Assembly (NCBI RefSeq): GCF_009914755.1
Contig: NC_060934.1
Strand: one strand, 5' to 3'
Source: the human T2T-CHM13v2.0 reference genome, Homo sapiens
DNA length: 64,000 bases
Positions within the stretch are counted from its first letter, which is position 1; each line of letters starts with the position of its first letter. The position numbers and the translations under genes are program-made. The notes under the pieces were generated by a model. The model was not told where the DNA came from and searched no databases. It was given only the letters and a program-made list of their open reading frames with translations. Below, piece by piece: positions 32,768-48,624 of this stretch.

Positions 32768-33072
32768 CCTTTGACCTTCTGTAAACATTTATCTCCAACA
32801 AACACAGTTTGGTCACGTGCAATACAAGATATGAAGTGAGACAACACACTTTCCGGTTTAGAATCACAAGCGTGAGGACAAAACATGGTTTTCACTGTTC
32901 ATTTAGGTACAGTTATAGAAACCACTGGAAACCTAATCAACATTGGGATCAGGATCAAGAAGAATCTGTCCCAGGGGTTCTCATCACCTCAGAGGGAGGT
33001 GAGAGTTTTTGCAAAGGTCTTGCCAGAATGATGAATTAGAATAGAGAAATTGTGTAGCTTTTAGAAGCATAG

Positions 33073-33703
<631 letters not shown>

Positions 33704-34380
33704 CTATACTATAATTAAAATTTTAAACTATTATTTTAATAAATGCACTATAGAAGGAGGGTGTGAGTCAAAAGGGAGCATGGGTTAAAACAGGTAGAAA
33801 ATTCCTTCCTTGGGATCTTGCAACCTATGACCCACCTCTCCACCACTCCTCTGAGCCTCTGTGCCCACTGCCTCAACACCTTCCTCCTTTTCACTTTTCC
33901 TTTTCATGATATTGTAGTCCTTTGTATGTAGTGTTTTGCCAACCCTGCAGTCACAATATAGTTTATTTCCTCTTTGTTCAGGTTCAACAACCTTCCAAAA
34001 GTAGAGACACAGACCCCTGTAGGGGAAGAGGAGAGCGACCCACTAATACCAAGTAGGCAAGGAGCACCTGGAAGGTTCTCATACACAAAAACCTCCCCCA
34101 CCTCCACATTCAACTAATAAAAGCTTCATCTGAGTTATCACACTGAGGATGATGCAAATGCTCTGGGGAAGGTTCAGCTTCACAGACAGTCACACTTTAG
34201 TAAGAATTATTTTTGAATCTTAGATGATCAGAATTTGAAAGAACCTGAAGAATCATTTAGTGCAAATTACACTCAAGGATTTTTTTTTATCATGGTCAAC
34301 CTCTACTTGAATATTACAGAGACAAGAGCTCCCTTCTTGAGTCTACTCCACTGATGTGCATTTTGAATTATTAATATCTG

Positions 34381-34676
<296 letters not shown>

Positions 34677-34729
34677 TTATTAATATCTGTGAAAGCTCAT
34701 CCTTATCTTTAGTCCAACCTTGCAGAATC

Positions 34730-35150
34730 TGTTAAGATAGTTCTGCTGCAAGCAAGAGAAATCCCAACTCAAAATGCCTTAAACATTAAGGACATTTATC
34801 TCCTGGAATCCAAAGCCCAGCATTCAGGCAGGTTTGGGGTTGGTAAGTGTTCAGCCACAGCACCAAGGTCCCAGGTTCTTCCCATTTCTCTATTCTACCA
34901 TCTTCAGCACAAATTCTCAAGCTGGTGGCAAGACGGCTGTGGTAGCCACAGGTTCACTTCACAACAAGGTCCAGAGGAAAAGAGAAAAATATTCCCACGA
35001 GCATGGAACAGAAACTCTTCCCTTCATTCTGACTGCTCCAACTTAGTTCACATGACCAGTCACTGTCCCCAGGGGAGTGCCATGCAATCCCCAACCTTGT
35101 AATCACCCAGGGTGGAAAGAGTGATGGGACTCCCACTATCATGTCCACCC
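34730..35150. mobile_element. Old MLT1 (MaLR) LTR remnant
   Basis: GCTGCAAGCAAGAGAAATCCCAACTCAAAATGCCTTAAACA resembles MLT1J/K-type ends. Confidence 0.55.
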
Positions 35151-35441
35151 TTCCTTCCTCTCAGCAACCTCCACCTCAAATAGAGATCTCCCTTACCTTG
35201 CAACTCAGAACACAGCCTCAGCCCTTTCCAAAAAATGGTGCATAAATGGTTCCAAGCTTCTTGGTTGTTCTTCTCTGGACATATTCTAGTCAGCCAGTTT
35301 CCTTCTAAAAAGGTGGCACCCAGAATGGAACACCATTCTTGGTAGAACATACTGAAATTATTCTAGGACAAAGGAGCCATTCTCTTATTAAGGTAGCTTA
35401 ATACTGTGGTAGCTTTTAGCGGCCACATCATACTATTGATT

Positions 35442-35880
35442 TTTTTTTTTTAACTTTTAAGTTCAGGGGTACATGTGCAGGTTTGTTATATAAGTAAATG
35501 GATGTCATGAGGGTTTGTTGTACAGATTATTTTGTCATCCAGGTACTAAGCCTAGTATCCAATAGTTATTTTTTCTGATCCTCTCCCTCCTCCCACCCTC
35601 CACCCTCAGGAATGCCCTGGTGTCTGTTTCTCCCCTCTATGTATCCATGTGTTCTCATCATTTAGTTCTCAGTTGTAAGTGAAAACATGTAGTATTTGGT
35701 TTTCTGTTCCTCTGTTAGTTTGCTAAGGATAATGGCCACCAGCTCCATCCATGTTCCTGCAAAGGACATGATCTCATTCTTTTTTATGGCTGCATAATAT
35801 TCCACAGTGTATATGTACCACATTTTCTTTATCCAGTCTACCATTAGTGGGCATTTAGGTTGAGTCTACGTCTTTGGTAT
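35442..35880 (-). mobile_element. 5'-truncated L1PA (older primate, about PA13-16) 3' end
   Basis: Poly-T plus L1PA 3' UTR; ORF2 C-terminus WIKKMWYIYTVEYYAAIKKNE; perfect TSD TCATACTATTGATT at 35428-35441 and 35881-35894. Confidence 0.93.
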
Positions 35881-36116
35881 TCATACTATTGATTGCTTTT
35901 TAACAGGTAGTCAACTATAAATCCTGCAATTCACTTTCACATGTTGATGCCATGTTGGATTTCTGCTGTGCTGCACTAGTTCAATTGCATTTATGGACCT
36001 AAAAGCAGAACTCAGGATTATCATATTGAACTAGATCAAGACAATGTTGAATAATGCTTCAGTCACTCAGTGTAAAATCTACCCAGTCACCTACGAGTGT
36101 TATCCATCAATAAATC

Positions 36117-36510
36117 TGTATTCATTTGCTAGGGCTGCCATAACAAAACACCATAGACTGTGTGGCTTAAACAATAGAAATTTACTTTCCCACAATTCTA
36201 GAGGCCACAAGTCCAAGATCAAGGTGTCAGCAGGGTTGTTTTTTTCTCGGGCCTCCCTGCTTGGTTGCAGATGGCTGGCTTCTCACTCTGTCCTCCATAA
36301 TTTCTCTTCCGTGTGTGCACACATCTGTGTCCTAATCCCCTCTCCTTCTAAAGACACCAGTCATATTGGATAAGGGCCCATCTATATGACCTCATTTTAC
36401 CTTAATTACCTTTTTAAAAACTCTATCTCCAAATCCAGTCGGGTTCTGAGGTACGAAAGGTTAGGACTTCCAAATATGAATATAAGGTAGACACAATTCA
36501 TCCCATAACA
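36117..36510 (-). mobile_element. MLT1 (A-C type) MaLR LTR
   Basis: TGTATT...AGGGCTGCCATAACAAAACACCATAGACTG...AAGTCCAAGATCAAGGTGTCAGCAGGG. Confidence 0.88.
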
Positions 36511-37117
36511 AATGTGATGTCTGACTTCTGTGTATGCCTCAAAGTCAGAGAATAACTGGCCACGAAACCTAAACCAGGGCTGCTGGCTCTCCTCTAGACA
36601 CTCCCTCAAGGACGACCATTAATCCAATTATTCTCTCATATTATGCTGAGATCAGTCTCTTTGGAGAGCAGATTTCAGCTAGGTTTGGGAGAGTGCTGAA
36701 GAGAAAGATCATTCTGGAAACTTGGGCCCAAAAGGGGGCTCTAGTAGGATGTTTCCACAGTCAAAGTAGGTGACTCTGGACATGAAGGCACCGAACCGGA
36801 GGCTGCTGTGCAGAAGATGAGTCATAATGGAGAAGGGTAAGGGAAGAAGAGCTGGAAGGTTATCAGAAGGCAAATTTGGTGACTTCCCAATTTTACTTAG
36901 GACATGGGTAGCAGCAACTGCATCTGGAACACTTTTAAAATTATCCTGAGTGCCTGTATCACAGAGTGACTATGCCTGTATGCAATTACCCACGAGGGCA
37001 GTGATGACCACATTTTGCTCAGGGACTTAAAGATCCAGGTTTTTATAGATGTGTTAATGAAAAGTAATTGGTATACTTTCTCACTCTTATAGACTTTAAA
37101 AAATATGCATACATAAA

Positions 37118-37129
37118 TATATGTGTGTG

Positions 37130-37167
<38 letters not shown>
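37118..37167. repeat. Compound (TG)n(TA)n(GA)n microsatellite
   Basis: Direct reading. Confidence 0.92.
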
Positions 37168-37169
<2 letters not shown>

Positions 37170-40100
37170 CAAGGGGGGGATGCACTATTAGAGCAACTGC
37201 ACACAAATACTAGAGAATGAAATAGCTAGCACTATAGAGTAAGATTTCGATAAACAAACACCTGTTCATAGATCAGTTACTCCTGATCCTTAAGTGTCCC
37301 TTCTTAGATTAAATGGCTTAACTTAAGGGGCAAAGCCTGCTCTCCAGGTTGATTTACAATTCTAACGATTGAAGCTTTAGGGTAACTTGATGTTATTACT
37401 CCTCTGCTGATTTTTTTTTTCCTTTCCTTCTTGCTGGTAAGAGCGGGTAGTCAAAGGATGGGAATCGTGACTGCAGGGTCATCAAGATGGCTGAGTCCAG
37501 CTCCTGCATCTGTTGTTTGAAGCTCCTTTCCCACATGCCAAATGCCTACTTCAAACCAATGACACTGGCACATGGGAGTTCACCTTTGCAAGAGCTGCCT
37601 TCTCTCCAAGGATGCTTTCCCGTCTTCCGTTTCCTCAAGGAAGAAATCAAGGGAAAAGGGAAGCACCTTTCTTCCTTCCCTGCTCTAATTTGTACCGTCT
37701 CCCCATGATGAGATAAGCCTGTGCTGACTGATACCTGGGTGTGGAGCGAGCTGCATGTGACCCTGTCATTCTTTTTTCTTTTCGCCCCATTAATAGATGC
37801 TTTTTAGCCACTTCACCAACTGACCCCAAGCCTCACCTCTGGTCTCTAATCAAAACCTTAACAGGGTTTTCCATAAACTGAAATTTACATTCAATCATCA
37901 CCATAGCAACCATCACACAGAATTAGATACAACTTTTCCATCTCTGATGTAATCTACTTTTTTAAAAAGAGCTGCTTTCCTCTTCAATTGCAAATCCAAG
38001 CTATTCAGAAGATAACCATTAAAAATCTATTTTGAAAAAACTACATTTAAACAGACTGTAGCAAGGTTCTTAAAACAGGTATTTGAAGTAGTTTCTAGAC
38101 ACTTAGTAACATACACTTATTCCCCCAAATGGTGGCCATCATTGCACAAGTCTCCAGGATTTGGTCCAGTGTTAAGAATCGAACAACGCTTCTGTGAAAA
38201 TTGTCACAACCAAAACTTAAAAGGTGCCCTGAGATAACAACTGCAAGCCAGGGCATACAATTCTGTTAATTTCTAAAGGATGTCCGCATCATGTCTAAAA
38301 ATAAATAAATAAAACAAGGTTGGACTGTTCAGTGTGTAATTGGCAAATCCCCCAAAATTTCTGGAATTCACCTAGTCATCCAAGAGGAATTATTCAATTG
38401 CTAAAGTGGCTTAAGACTGTGAGAATAGGCAACTGTAAGGAGAGTACGCCACAGATAAAGAGATAAATCCTCATTCAAGGAGTCTAAATGTTTCTCACTC
38501 TATGAGTACAATGCTGTAAGAGAGGCCTTGAATATTCAGAGATGTTGGAAATGTATTTCAGATTTAGAAAAAGGTAAGAAAAGACACTTTCAGAAAATGT
38601 ACTGACAAAAAAAAATCTACTTATGACACTAATCCCACTAACAAATTAATGAAGCCCACCCATCTCATCACTTCTATACATCTCATTCCATTGCTACTTA
38701 GAATCCCAGAAACTGGGCAATTCAGTTGTATTGAAAATTGAGATAATAAAATCAAGTCATTTTCCATAAGCCAAATCAGTTTATTCTATGTATTTACAGC
38801 CGAACTATGATGTAGTGATAGTCCATTCATTTAATTCATTCATCAAGCATTTATTGAGCACTAGATGCTACTACGTGCTGAGAGCTGCATTTAATAAAGA
38901 TAAGTGACATATCATCCAAGACCTCATTACTTTTCTAATTCATAGGATGGCAGATGTTTTATGCCCAAATGTCAGGGAAATTGTAATCCATTTTCTCTGA
39001 ATAAACATTCAAGACTGTATATATAGGAAGTAATGCTGGTCACATGGCTGTGCTACTCATTGTAATAACTCCAGTCTGGACACTTGAATTAGACTGATGG
39101 CTAACAGTCTACCACTTTTATTATTAAGACCTGGTAGGCCTCACCACAGGGCATTTATTTTGAGATTTCTGAAAACGCCCTGACTTAGTTCCAGTGCCAT
39201 TCTGCCACTTAGGAGATAGGGCTGAATTCCACCCCAAATGACAAAGAAACTCCTCTAAATACTCCTAACAGTTAGGCATTGTGTAGAGCAAAAATAAGCC
39301 ATTCTTAAAGCTTCTCAGCCATTCTTTTCTATTAAAGACCATTGGCATAGCTAGTTAGGCAATGTGAGCAAGGAGTGGGTTATTTCCAAATAGTTGCCAA
39401 AGTATCTTACATGCCCAGAAGTGAGAAGTCTTGCATATTAAGTGTGATAATATATACAAGAAAAACGCTAGTCCAGGAATGGGATGCTGGTTTCCTCCCA
39501 GGTGCCAACTCTAGTGGAACGGCAGTGGATGGCCATTCCCCTGAGCGAGGCTTGTGCTGAGGCCAAGGCCCAGCTCAGTGAGACAAGATGTCTTGATTCA
39601 CCCACAAAGTCTGATCTGGGAGCAGACAGGCTGTGCTGTACAATGTGTTCCACTGTCCAAGGCAGCCTGGACCATGCTGCAGGGGGAGAGGCAGACCTAT
39701 GCCACTGAGTTACTGGAGAGAGTTTGCAGAAATAATCAGAAAGAACATCCCAGTGCCTTCAAAGACCAATGAACCTGTGCTGGCAATCTTAAGAAAAACT
39801 TTGAGGTGCAATTGGCAGAACTTAAGACAGAATGGGTACCTTCCAAATGGTTGGAAAAGATAAGAGCCAAACAAATATATTCCATACTGAAATTTTAAAA
39901 AAACTTCACCAAGAACCATCAGCAATGGAAAACCTAAATAAGATCACAAAAATTAAAGATCAGAGCAGTTGAGGCGGCACTCTCTGATAGATGTTGCCAA
40001 TTAACAGGACAAGCTGAGGATAAGGATAAAATCCTTTTGTAAGAGTTGAACCAATACATGCATTGCAACCAACACCAGATTCTTGGTTTTTTGTTTGTGT

Positions 40101-42149
40101 TTGCTTTTTTAAAAGATCGGTAGGAAGATCACAATCTCCCCAACACAGCCTCCTAGAAATGATGCAGACGTGTGGCTTTTGCGGAGGAAGGAAGCAAAGA
40201 ATGTTTTGGTTATCTTCTGTAAACTTATACTGCTTTTGAAAAATATAAATAAATATATCTACAAATGCCACAAAATTCAGCTTATGAGTTATTTATGCTG
40301 TGATTTTCTTTTTTAGAGTTCCTTAGATAACCAGTGTCAAATCTAAAATGATCCTTGCATGGTTTGGGAGTGGTCATTCCAGTGGTCATCAAATTCAAGA
40401 TGCACAAACCCATCGCTGGTATGAACTAGGCAAAGAGAGAGCACCTCCAAATCTCCCCCATCCTGGTACTTCATTGTTCAGGTCCACAAAGCTGGGAGGA
40501 GCAGAGGCAGCCAGGCTGTGGTTGGGCAAGAAAGGACACAAACCATCTTCATCTGCCCACAGCCCCTGGAGCCATAGTTGGGCTGGTAGCCAATGCTGAT
40601 GAAATAGCAGACACAAGCCGTGGGTGAGGAAGGTGGTGGCAAGGAAAGAGGGGAGATGTGTCTCCATTCACCATCTCAGTTACATCTCCCACAGCCCTGC
40701 GAGGTGTGCATTTTCACTGCATTTTACCCACAACTGAAATGAAGCCTATGAAAGTCTTGCCCCATAACCCAGAGCTGGTGACTAGAGCCAGGATTAGAGT
40801 TCTGCAAAACTGAATCTTAGGCTTGCGGCTTTGGCCAACTGAGTTCCTTCATATCCAGGGTCCATGTCCACATGTCCTGGTCCGATGCAGCAGTAGGGAA
40901 CTAAAGAGTTAATTCTGACAACACAGGGCAGAGCATGGAGGCATCTTCAGGGATGACATGTGTGCCCATCCCTGCTGAGTAGTAAGTCCCAGATGCTGAA
41001 ACTAGCCACCAACAGACTAATGCCCACACACTGGCTGAGCTCCTGAGACCCTGGACAGCAGGGCCTGTCTTTGCTACAGAATCTGTAATCCCTCTGCCAC
41101 GTCCCATATAGCACCAAGTCCTCACTAAATTCAAGGGGTGGATGTTTAATAAATACATATTAGTGGGAGGGCAGCAGAAGCACCTGAGGCAAATATGAAA
41201 CTGCATTTGATGCTTTATTTAGATCATGAGTGTTCCAAAAGCATTTTTTTCCTTCACAATTCAGGATGTAGGCAGTCAACGCATATTTTTGTCAGATAAT
41301 GACTATCACCCTAACCAGATAGTAATTTAATCACTCTGTTCCAAAGCTGCTTCAGCGGAGAACTAACTAAAATATCTGTGCTCCAAGACTTCAACCCAAC
41401 AGCCAGCCAACTAAACAGCATTTACTAAGATCTCTGAGAGCCCACACTGTGCTAAGCAAAAGGAAAATCCCACAGAATAATATGTGGGCCCTGCTCCTAC
41501 TGGATTTACACACTCTAGCTCGGGAACCAAACTGGAATTCAGGAGACAATTCGATAAATGAGTTTTACCCGTGGATGTACCGCAAATGAGCTCCACAGGA
41601 GTCCAGAGCAAAGAGAAACCACAGGTAACAGAATTTGAGTTGGATGGGCTTAGGCAGTGGGATAAAGAAGAAAGACAAAAAAGATACAGATTTTCCCCCA
41701 GCCTCTTAAGAACATAACAGCATTTCACAGTATCCACAAGAGCACCCGTAGCTTTCATGATATTCACCCAGTCAGCCCTCAGCATTGTGCGGCTGCTTGA
41801 CTAGGACTACTTTATGCCCCGACCATCCTCTGTTAAATACAGAGACAGCACAGTCAGGTTCCTGCAGACTGCGTGTGCAGCTGTGCGTCATATCTCTTCC
41901 ACTCAACATCTAGAATGCAAATCCAAACCAACTTGGTTCGTTAACATTTACAGAAAAAATACATAAAATTTCAACATGGATCCCACAATGGCCCACTCTG
42001 CCCTGTGAAGGGCAGGATGGATGGAGGTGGGTGTGCCCAGGCCGTGCCTTTGAAAGCCACTGCCTTGAACGCTCCTTTTTCCCTCTGTGTTTTAGAAACT
42101 GATCTCTTGATCTCTGTTAGATGACTCTGATTAAGATCTCCTCCTTTCA

Positions 42150-42619
<470 letters not shown>

Positions 42620-43150
42620 TCAGCACTCCTGAGAGTGAATGCCCAACCCTCCTCCAAAATTAGCTGCCCCTGTAGACTATCATTTCTGTCAGTGACATCA
42701 TTCTTCCAGTCACCCACGCTCAAAATCTTATCTTCTTGTCCCGCTTTCTCTATTTTTCCCATTGAATTTCCCTCCTAAATCTCGTACACGTATCTCTTGC
42801 TTTCTAATCCCAAGGCCACCATCCGTTGAGGCCCTAACCACCCTCATGCCTGCATTAAAGACCTTGTGCACTAACTTCCTCCACAACTCAGGGAAGCATG
42901 TAAACACTAGACCCACCCTTCCTTCCCTTCCTAGTCTGTGGAACTCACCACTGCTCTTCCTTCCTCCGCATGAACTGCACATGGAGCCTGCCCATCCCTC
43001 TCTGCCATCAGCCCTGTCCCTGCTTTATCCTAAGGCCTGAGCCTGGAGTGGCATCTGGGTAGGCAACGGTTGGGAAGCTAGTTAGGGTGACTTATTCACA
43101 GAGCTGGTTTGGAGCAAATCTGATGGGGAGGCATGAAGGGGTGGGGGACA

Positions 43151-43161
43151 GGAAATTTCCC
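43151..43161 (-). promoter_or_regulatory. NF-kB motif GGGAAATTTCC
   Basis: Consensus match only. Confidence 0.3.
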
Positions 43162-43646
43162 TTGAAGAAGCCTTGGCAGAGTAAGCACACTCTTTCTCTT
43201 CAACGTTATGTTTATGTGCCAGGGGGCTACTGCAGATTTAGGGACAAACAACTCACCCACCCACCCACAAGCACCTCATGGCATTTTCACTGTTGATTCG
43301 ACAGGCACTTCAGGGCCTTTTGCTCCTCCCAGCCAATGTCATTCCCCACCCAGGATGAAGATGAGGCCTTGCAAAAACACACCACCTGAGCCCTCTAAAG
43401 TTCATAAATAGTGATAGTAAAGGGGGTTGGTGATAAGAATCAAAGGGCGAGGATAAGTCACAGGAACTTAGCACTTGATACTATCTCAATAAAATACGAG
43501 GCCATGGAAATGTGCTATGATATATTCCTCAGAAAATGTTTATAACATGGCTCTCATTTCTTTCTAAAATTAATTTTCTAATTAAAACATAAAAATTACA
43601 TATATTTATCACGTACACCATGATGTTTAAAAATATGCACACATTA

Positions 43647-43965
43647 GGCTGGGCGCGGTGGCTCACGCCTATAATCCCAGCAGTTTGGTAGCCCGAGGCA
43701 GGTGGATTACTTGAGGTCAGGAGTTCGAGACCAGCCTCGCCAACATGGTGAAATCCCATCTCTACTAAAAATACAAACATTAGCTGGCGTAGTGGCACAT
43801 GCCTGTAGTCCCAGCTACTCAGGATGCTGAGGCAGGAGAATCACTTAAACCCAGGAGGCGGAGGGTGCAGTGAGCTGAGATCATGCCACTGTACTCCAGG
43901 CCTGGGTGATAGAGCAAGACTCTGTCTCAAAAAAAAAAAAGAAAGAAAGAAAGAAAGAAAAGAAA
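43647..43965 (+). mobile_element. Alu (AluS-like) with (GAAA)n tail, within a short L1 3' remnant
   Basis: Alu consensus; TSD AAAATATGCA. Confidence 0.93.
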
Positions 43966-44412
43966 ATATGCATGCATCATAAAGTGGCTAGATCTGGCTA
44001 ATTAAAATACGCATTACCCCCACCCCCCATCTTTCACGTAGGTAGGATCTACATGTGCTTATCTCTACATCCAACCGACTAAAGAACAAGAGATAGCCCT
44101 TTAGCTGGACCATTTCCATAGTTTCTCCAAATGCCATTTTGGTCACATTGCTGTCCCAGGCAACAGAAGGCCCTCTGAGATAAAATGGGTAAGGCTCTTA
44201 CCACATCCTGATGTTGAAGTTTCTTCTTCCACTGACTCAATATAACCTTCATAATCATTTTTCCCCACTATCCCAGACTCAGGCCACTTCTCAGCCCAAA
44301 TGCAAACGCATCCTGTGCTTTCCTCTCCCTGTGCCTTGCCCATGGAGTTCCCTCGTCCTGGGATGTCTTTCCCTTTAATCCTTACCGATGCCTCTTAAAA
44401 TCCAACCCTCCT

Positions 44413-44730
44413 GGCCGGGTGTGGTGGCTCACACCTGTAATCCCAGTACTTTGGGAGGCCGAGGCAGGCGGATCATGAGGCCAGGAGATCAAGACCATCC
44501 TGGCTAACATGATGAAACCCCGTCTCTACTAAAAATACAAAAAAAAAAAATTAGCTGGGCGTGGTGGCGGGCGCCTGTAGTCCCAGCTACTCAGGAGGCC
44601 GAGGCAGGAGAATGGCGTGAACCCAAGAGGCGGAGCTTGCAGTGAGCCAAGATCGCACCACTGCACTCCAGCCCGGGCAACAGAGCAAGAGCAAGACTCT
44701 GTCTCAAAAAAAAAAAAAAAAAAAAAAAAA
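44413..44730 (+). mobile_element. AluY
   Basis: AluY diagnostics; TSD AAAATCCAACCCTC. Confidence 0.94.
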
Positions 44731-45412
44731 TCCAACCCTCTTAAAATCCAATCCTTTCTTTCAGTGTCATCCTCTCCATGAAGTTTTCAACTGTCCACCC
44801 CATTGAAAGCCCTTTCTTATTTTGCAGATTCTATGTACATGCCAGTCCCACAGCAGGCAACTTCCATGCTTAGGAACTGAACTCACCCACTGAGTTCTCC
44901 GTCTTCCCTCTACCCCACAATCATGCACCATGTCCTGCTGGTCCTGTCTGCTTTTTACCCCTCCAAAGTGTTCCTTCTTCTCCTTACTCACTGCCCCTGC
45001 TCAGCGCAGGCCCACAGCACCTCTCCCCTGAAAGAATGCAGCAGCCACGTGCCCAGGATCCAGCCTCCAGCCTCCAGCCCTGCCTGACATGGCCATTCCA
45101 GGTGTCAGTGTTCTCTCTTAAATCTAGTAGAATTCTGTTCTCTGTTACTACTGTCCAGGAATCCTAATCTGCCCTTCAGAGCATCTTCAGACTACACTGT
45201 GCTTATTTCCGCATAAAAGTCCTTCACGTGTTTGAAGGTAATTATCATGTATCTCCTTGGTATTTTCTTCTTTAGGAAGACAGCAAAGTATAGAGGATGA
45301 AACTCTGAGTTCAGTGTTGGAGGCCTGGGGCTTTTGATTCTAACCAGTTGAGTATCCTTGGGCAGGTCATTTGTCAATGCTGAGCCTCTGTCCCTCAGTT
45401 CCACCCCACCCC

Positions 45413-45690
45413 AAGTCTCGCTCTGTCACCCATACTGGAGAGAAGTGCAGTGGTGCAATCACAGCTCACTGCAGCCTTGACCTCCTGGGCTCAAGTGATC
45501 CTCCCACCTCAGCCTCCTGAGTAGCTGGGACTATAGGTGTGCACCACCATGCCCAGCTAATTTTTTATTTTTTTTTGTAGTGATGGGATCTGACTATGTT
45601 TCCCTGGCTAGTCTTAGACTCCTGGGCTCATACAATTCACCTTGGCTCCCAAAGTGCTGGAATTATAGGTGTGAACCATTGCACCCAGCC
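45413..45690 (-). mobile_element. AluJ-like, tail missing
   Basis: Reverse Alu with J-type positions. Confidence 0.88.
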
Positions 45691-47426
45691 CAAAAGTCCA
45701 AAATTAAACACTCCCCGTTCTTTCTCTATTCCTCAGGCCCAGGCATGTGTCCAGATCGCTCATCTTTGTGTCGCATGATAAGAACAGCAATCTCCTTTTG
45801 GGAAAATCTTGACCCCTCCACATTCACCAAGTGGTGTGAATGGCAGCTGCCAAGTTTTTAGAAAGCCCACACTCCAGGCTACCAGAGTGGACCAATCATA
45901 GTCCTCTAATCTCCTGGCCACAGTTAATCAGCCTAGAGTAAGGCACCTGATCAATTAGATCCTACCCTGAGATTTTTAAATTTTGGGCCAGAGAAAATAA
46001 ACATTGGTTCCTCTTTAGGGCTGGAGTTGGAAGACGTGAGGTATGGAAGCTCCTAGGGGCTGTAATTCTTCTTCTTGGAGATGACTCATCAGAGAGAATG
46101 ATGCCAATATTCGGAGACATAGAAATGAGAAGTGAAGAGGTAACTCCATGGAGTTCCAGTCCTTGGCTCCAGGTATCTCTGAGGACCAACTGCACCCGTT
46201 CCCTGCCCATAGCTTGCTTAATTCCTCTTTTTCCCAGGTTGGAGTCCCCTCCTTCCAAGCAAACAAGCACAAAGCAATACATTAGCCTTTCAAAGCAGGC
46301 CTCACATGGAGACAGCTGAGGCTTGTCTGTACCTCCCCGAAACCCTCAAACTAACTCCCCACTCTCCCCACCTCCCGCAAACAGCAACTCCAGATGGGTA
46401 AATGGAGTTTGTGTATAATACAAGAAAGGATGTTATATCTTGCTATATGGCCACTGTTCGCAAGGGAAACTCAAGATGCATCTTAGAGCAATTGTGCCCC
46501 CTTGCTGATTCATACTGAGCATGTGGTCACCTCAGAACTTGAGCTGTTTTTCATGTAAACTGTGGAAGCCAAGCCTTTCCCTTTGCCATGCTATGATTGT
46601 ACAGTTGGGTTTTATTTTTATGTTTTTCTTGGATGGGGGAGGTGGTGGGCAAGGCTTGGGACCTAATTGCAATAATTCAACACTTAACTTAGTTAAATGT
46701 TATACGTTGGACTGGGGCCAGTGTTCCAGCCCATCGGGATTGTTTTAACTCAGGATTCCATCACTGATGGCAGAATTTCCCAACTGGTCTACCAATAGAA
46801 TGAATTACAGACGTGCCAGGATATTCATTCCTTTCATTCTTTGCTTGGTGAAGTGAAGCTTGGGACACTTAACCCATGTTAGTGGCTCCTAACTCTTATC
46901 ATTTTCTGAGTATTCCTATTTCAAGTTCCCATAGTTATGGTAACATTGGGAAGGTAAATGTTTTATAACATAAAATTATTTACTAACAAAAAAATGCTCA
47001 TTTATGAAATCAGTCCCTACTTAAACATCTCTGCTTGCTTAATCTTGGTGCATGTTTTCATCCATCAAGTCATATTTTTGTTGCTTAGTCTCTCCCAGAT
47101 TTAAGATTTCTCCACAATAAACTATGAATGCAATGTGATTTGGTTTTACAGGGTAATTCTAGATTTTGCAAAAGAGAAATTTTTTGAAGTTGATGAAAGT
47201 GATGTTGGAAAACTGTATCACAAGTAAAGCTGCTGACAGTTAGAGAGGTTACCTACTGGACAGAAGAAAACCCATACAGATGCTTTCCAATAATCAAAAT
47301 CAAATAAGATCACATGGTGGTTAAGAGGAGGCCTTAAGAAAATTGTAAAGGTCAAATGTGTTGTGAATCATATTTCAATACAGCTGTTTTAAAAAATCAA
47401 ATGTGAACTAAGAAATGTTATATTGT

Positions 47427-47753
<327 letters not shown>

Positions 47754-47855
47754 TTAGCATAAAATTACGTCATAAAAATGTACTCAAACCCTCCTGTACA
47801 AAACCTAACAACAATTGATTTAGTCCTTGTGGGGTTTTAGAATTAGCCTATAAAA

Positions 47856-47891
47856 GGGGTATAGCTCAGTGGCAGAGCATTTGACTGCAGA
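47856..47891 (+). pseudogene. Retroposed 5' half of tRNA-Cys(GCA), tailless retropseudogene
   Basis: GGGGTATAGCTCAGTGGCAGAGCATTTGACTGCAGA matches the tRNA-Cys 5' half through the anticodon; flanked by direct repeat AGAATTAGCCTATA at 47839-47852 and 47889-47902. Confidence 0.9.
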
Positions 47892-48489
47892 ATTAGCCTA
47901 TAGCTGAAATTATAATCAAAACTGTGTTAATATAATAAATAAACTTATTTTCTTAATGTTCAGTTTTGTTTTTCAAAATAAAAGTCCCAATCAAGAATTT
48001 ATTTTTGTATTTACTATGAAATTTTAACCCAGGCTTAATTGTATCTACCTTAAATGAGCTTTTCCCAGGATCAGTTGTCTTCAGATTATGAGGGCTTCCT
48101 AAACCTGCCTTGTTGCCATTCCTGCCATTGTTGCAGCTTTCATCCATTGCTCCTTGCCCTGTCCACTGTAGAAACATAGAAAAGGCCCTGCCCCTCTGTT
48201 CTTCCATGTGACAGGCCTTCAAAACTCTGATAGTTCTCGTGGCTCCAATAAAACTTTTCTTTACAACAAGTTCACTTCCTTCAACTATTTCTCATCTGAC
48301 AGAATTTGAAATTCTCACATTCATTCTATTCAGTCGTTCAATAATTTATTGAGGGCCTGCCATGTCAAGTACTGTTACAGGCCCCAGGAAGACAGCAGTG
48401 AGCAATCCCCCCAACTTCCCACCCCACCCTGCTCTTCTGAGGGAGGCTTCCATTCTGTTAAAGGGACAATAAACAAAATGGGCGAATAA

Positions 48490-48624
48490 ATGAATGGATG
48501 GCTGGACAGATGGACAGACGGATGGATAACTGGATGGATAGATGGAAAGATGAATAGTTGGATAGATAGATGAGTGGATGGATGGATGGATGGATGGATG
48601 GATGGATGGATGGATGGATGGATG
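48490..48624. repeat. (GGAT)n tetranucleotide array, degenerate 5' part
   Basis: Direct reading. Confidence 0.93.

Noticed and set aside
47856-47891. Functional tRNA-Cys gene
   Set aside because: Only the 5' half is present; no T-arm/B box, 3' acceptor strand or terminator.
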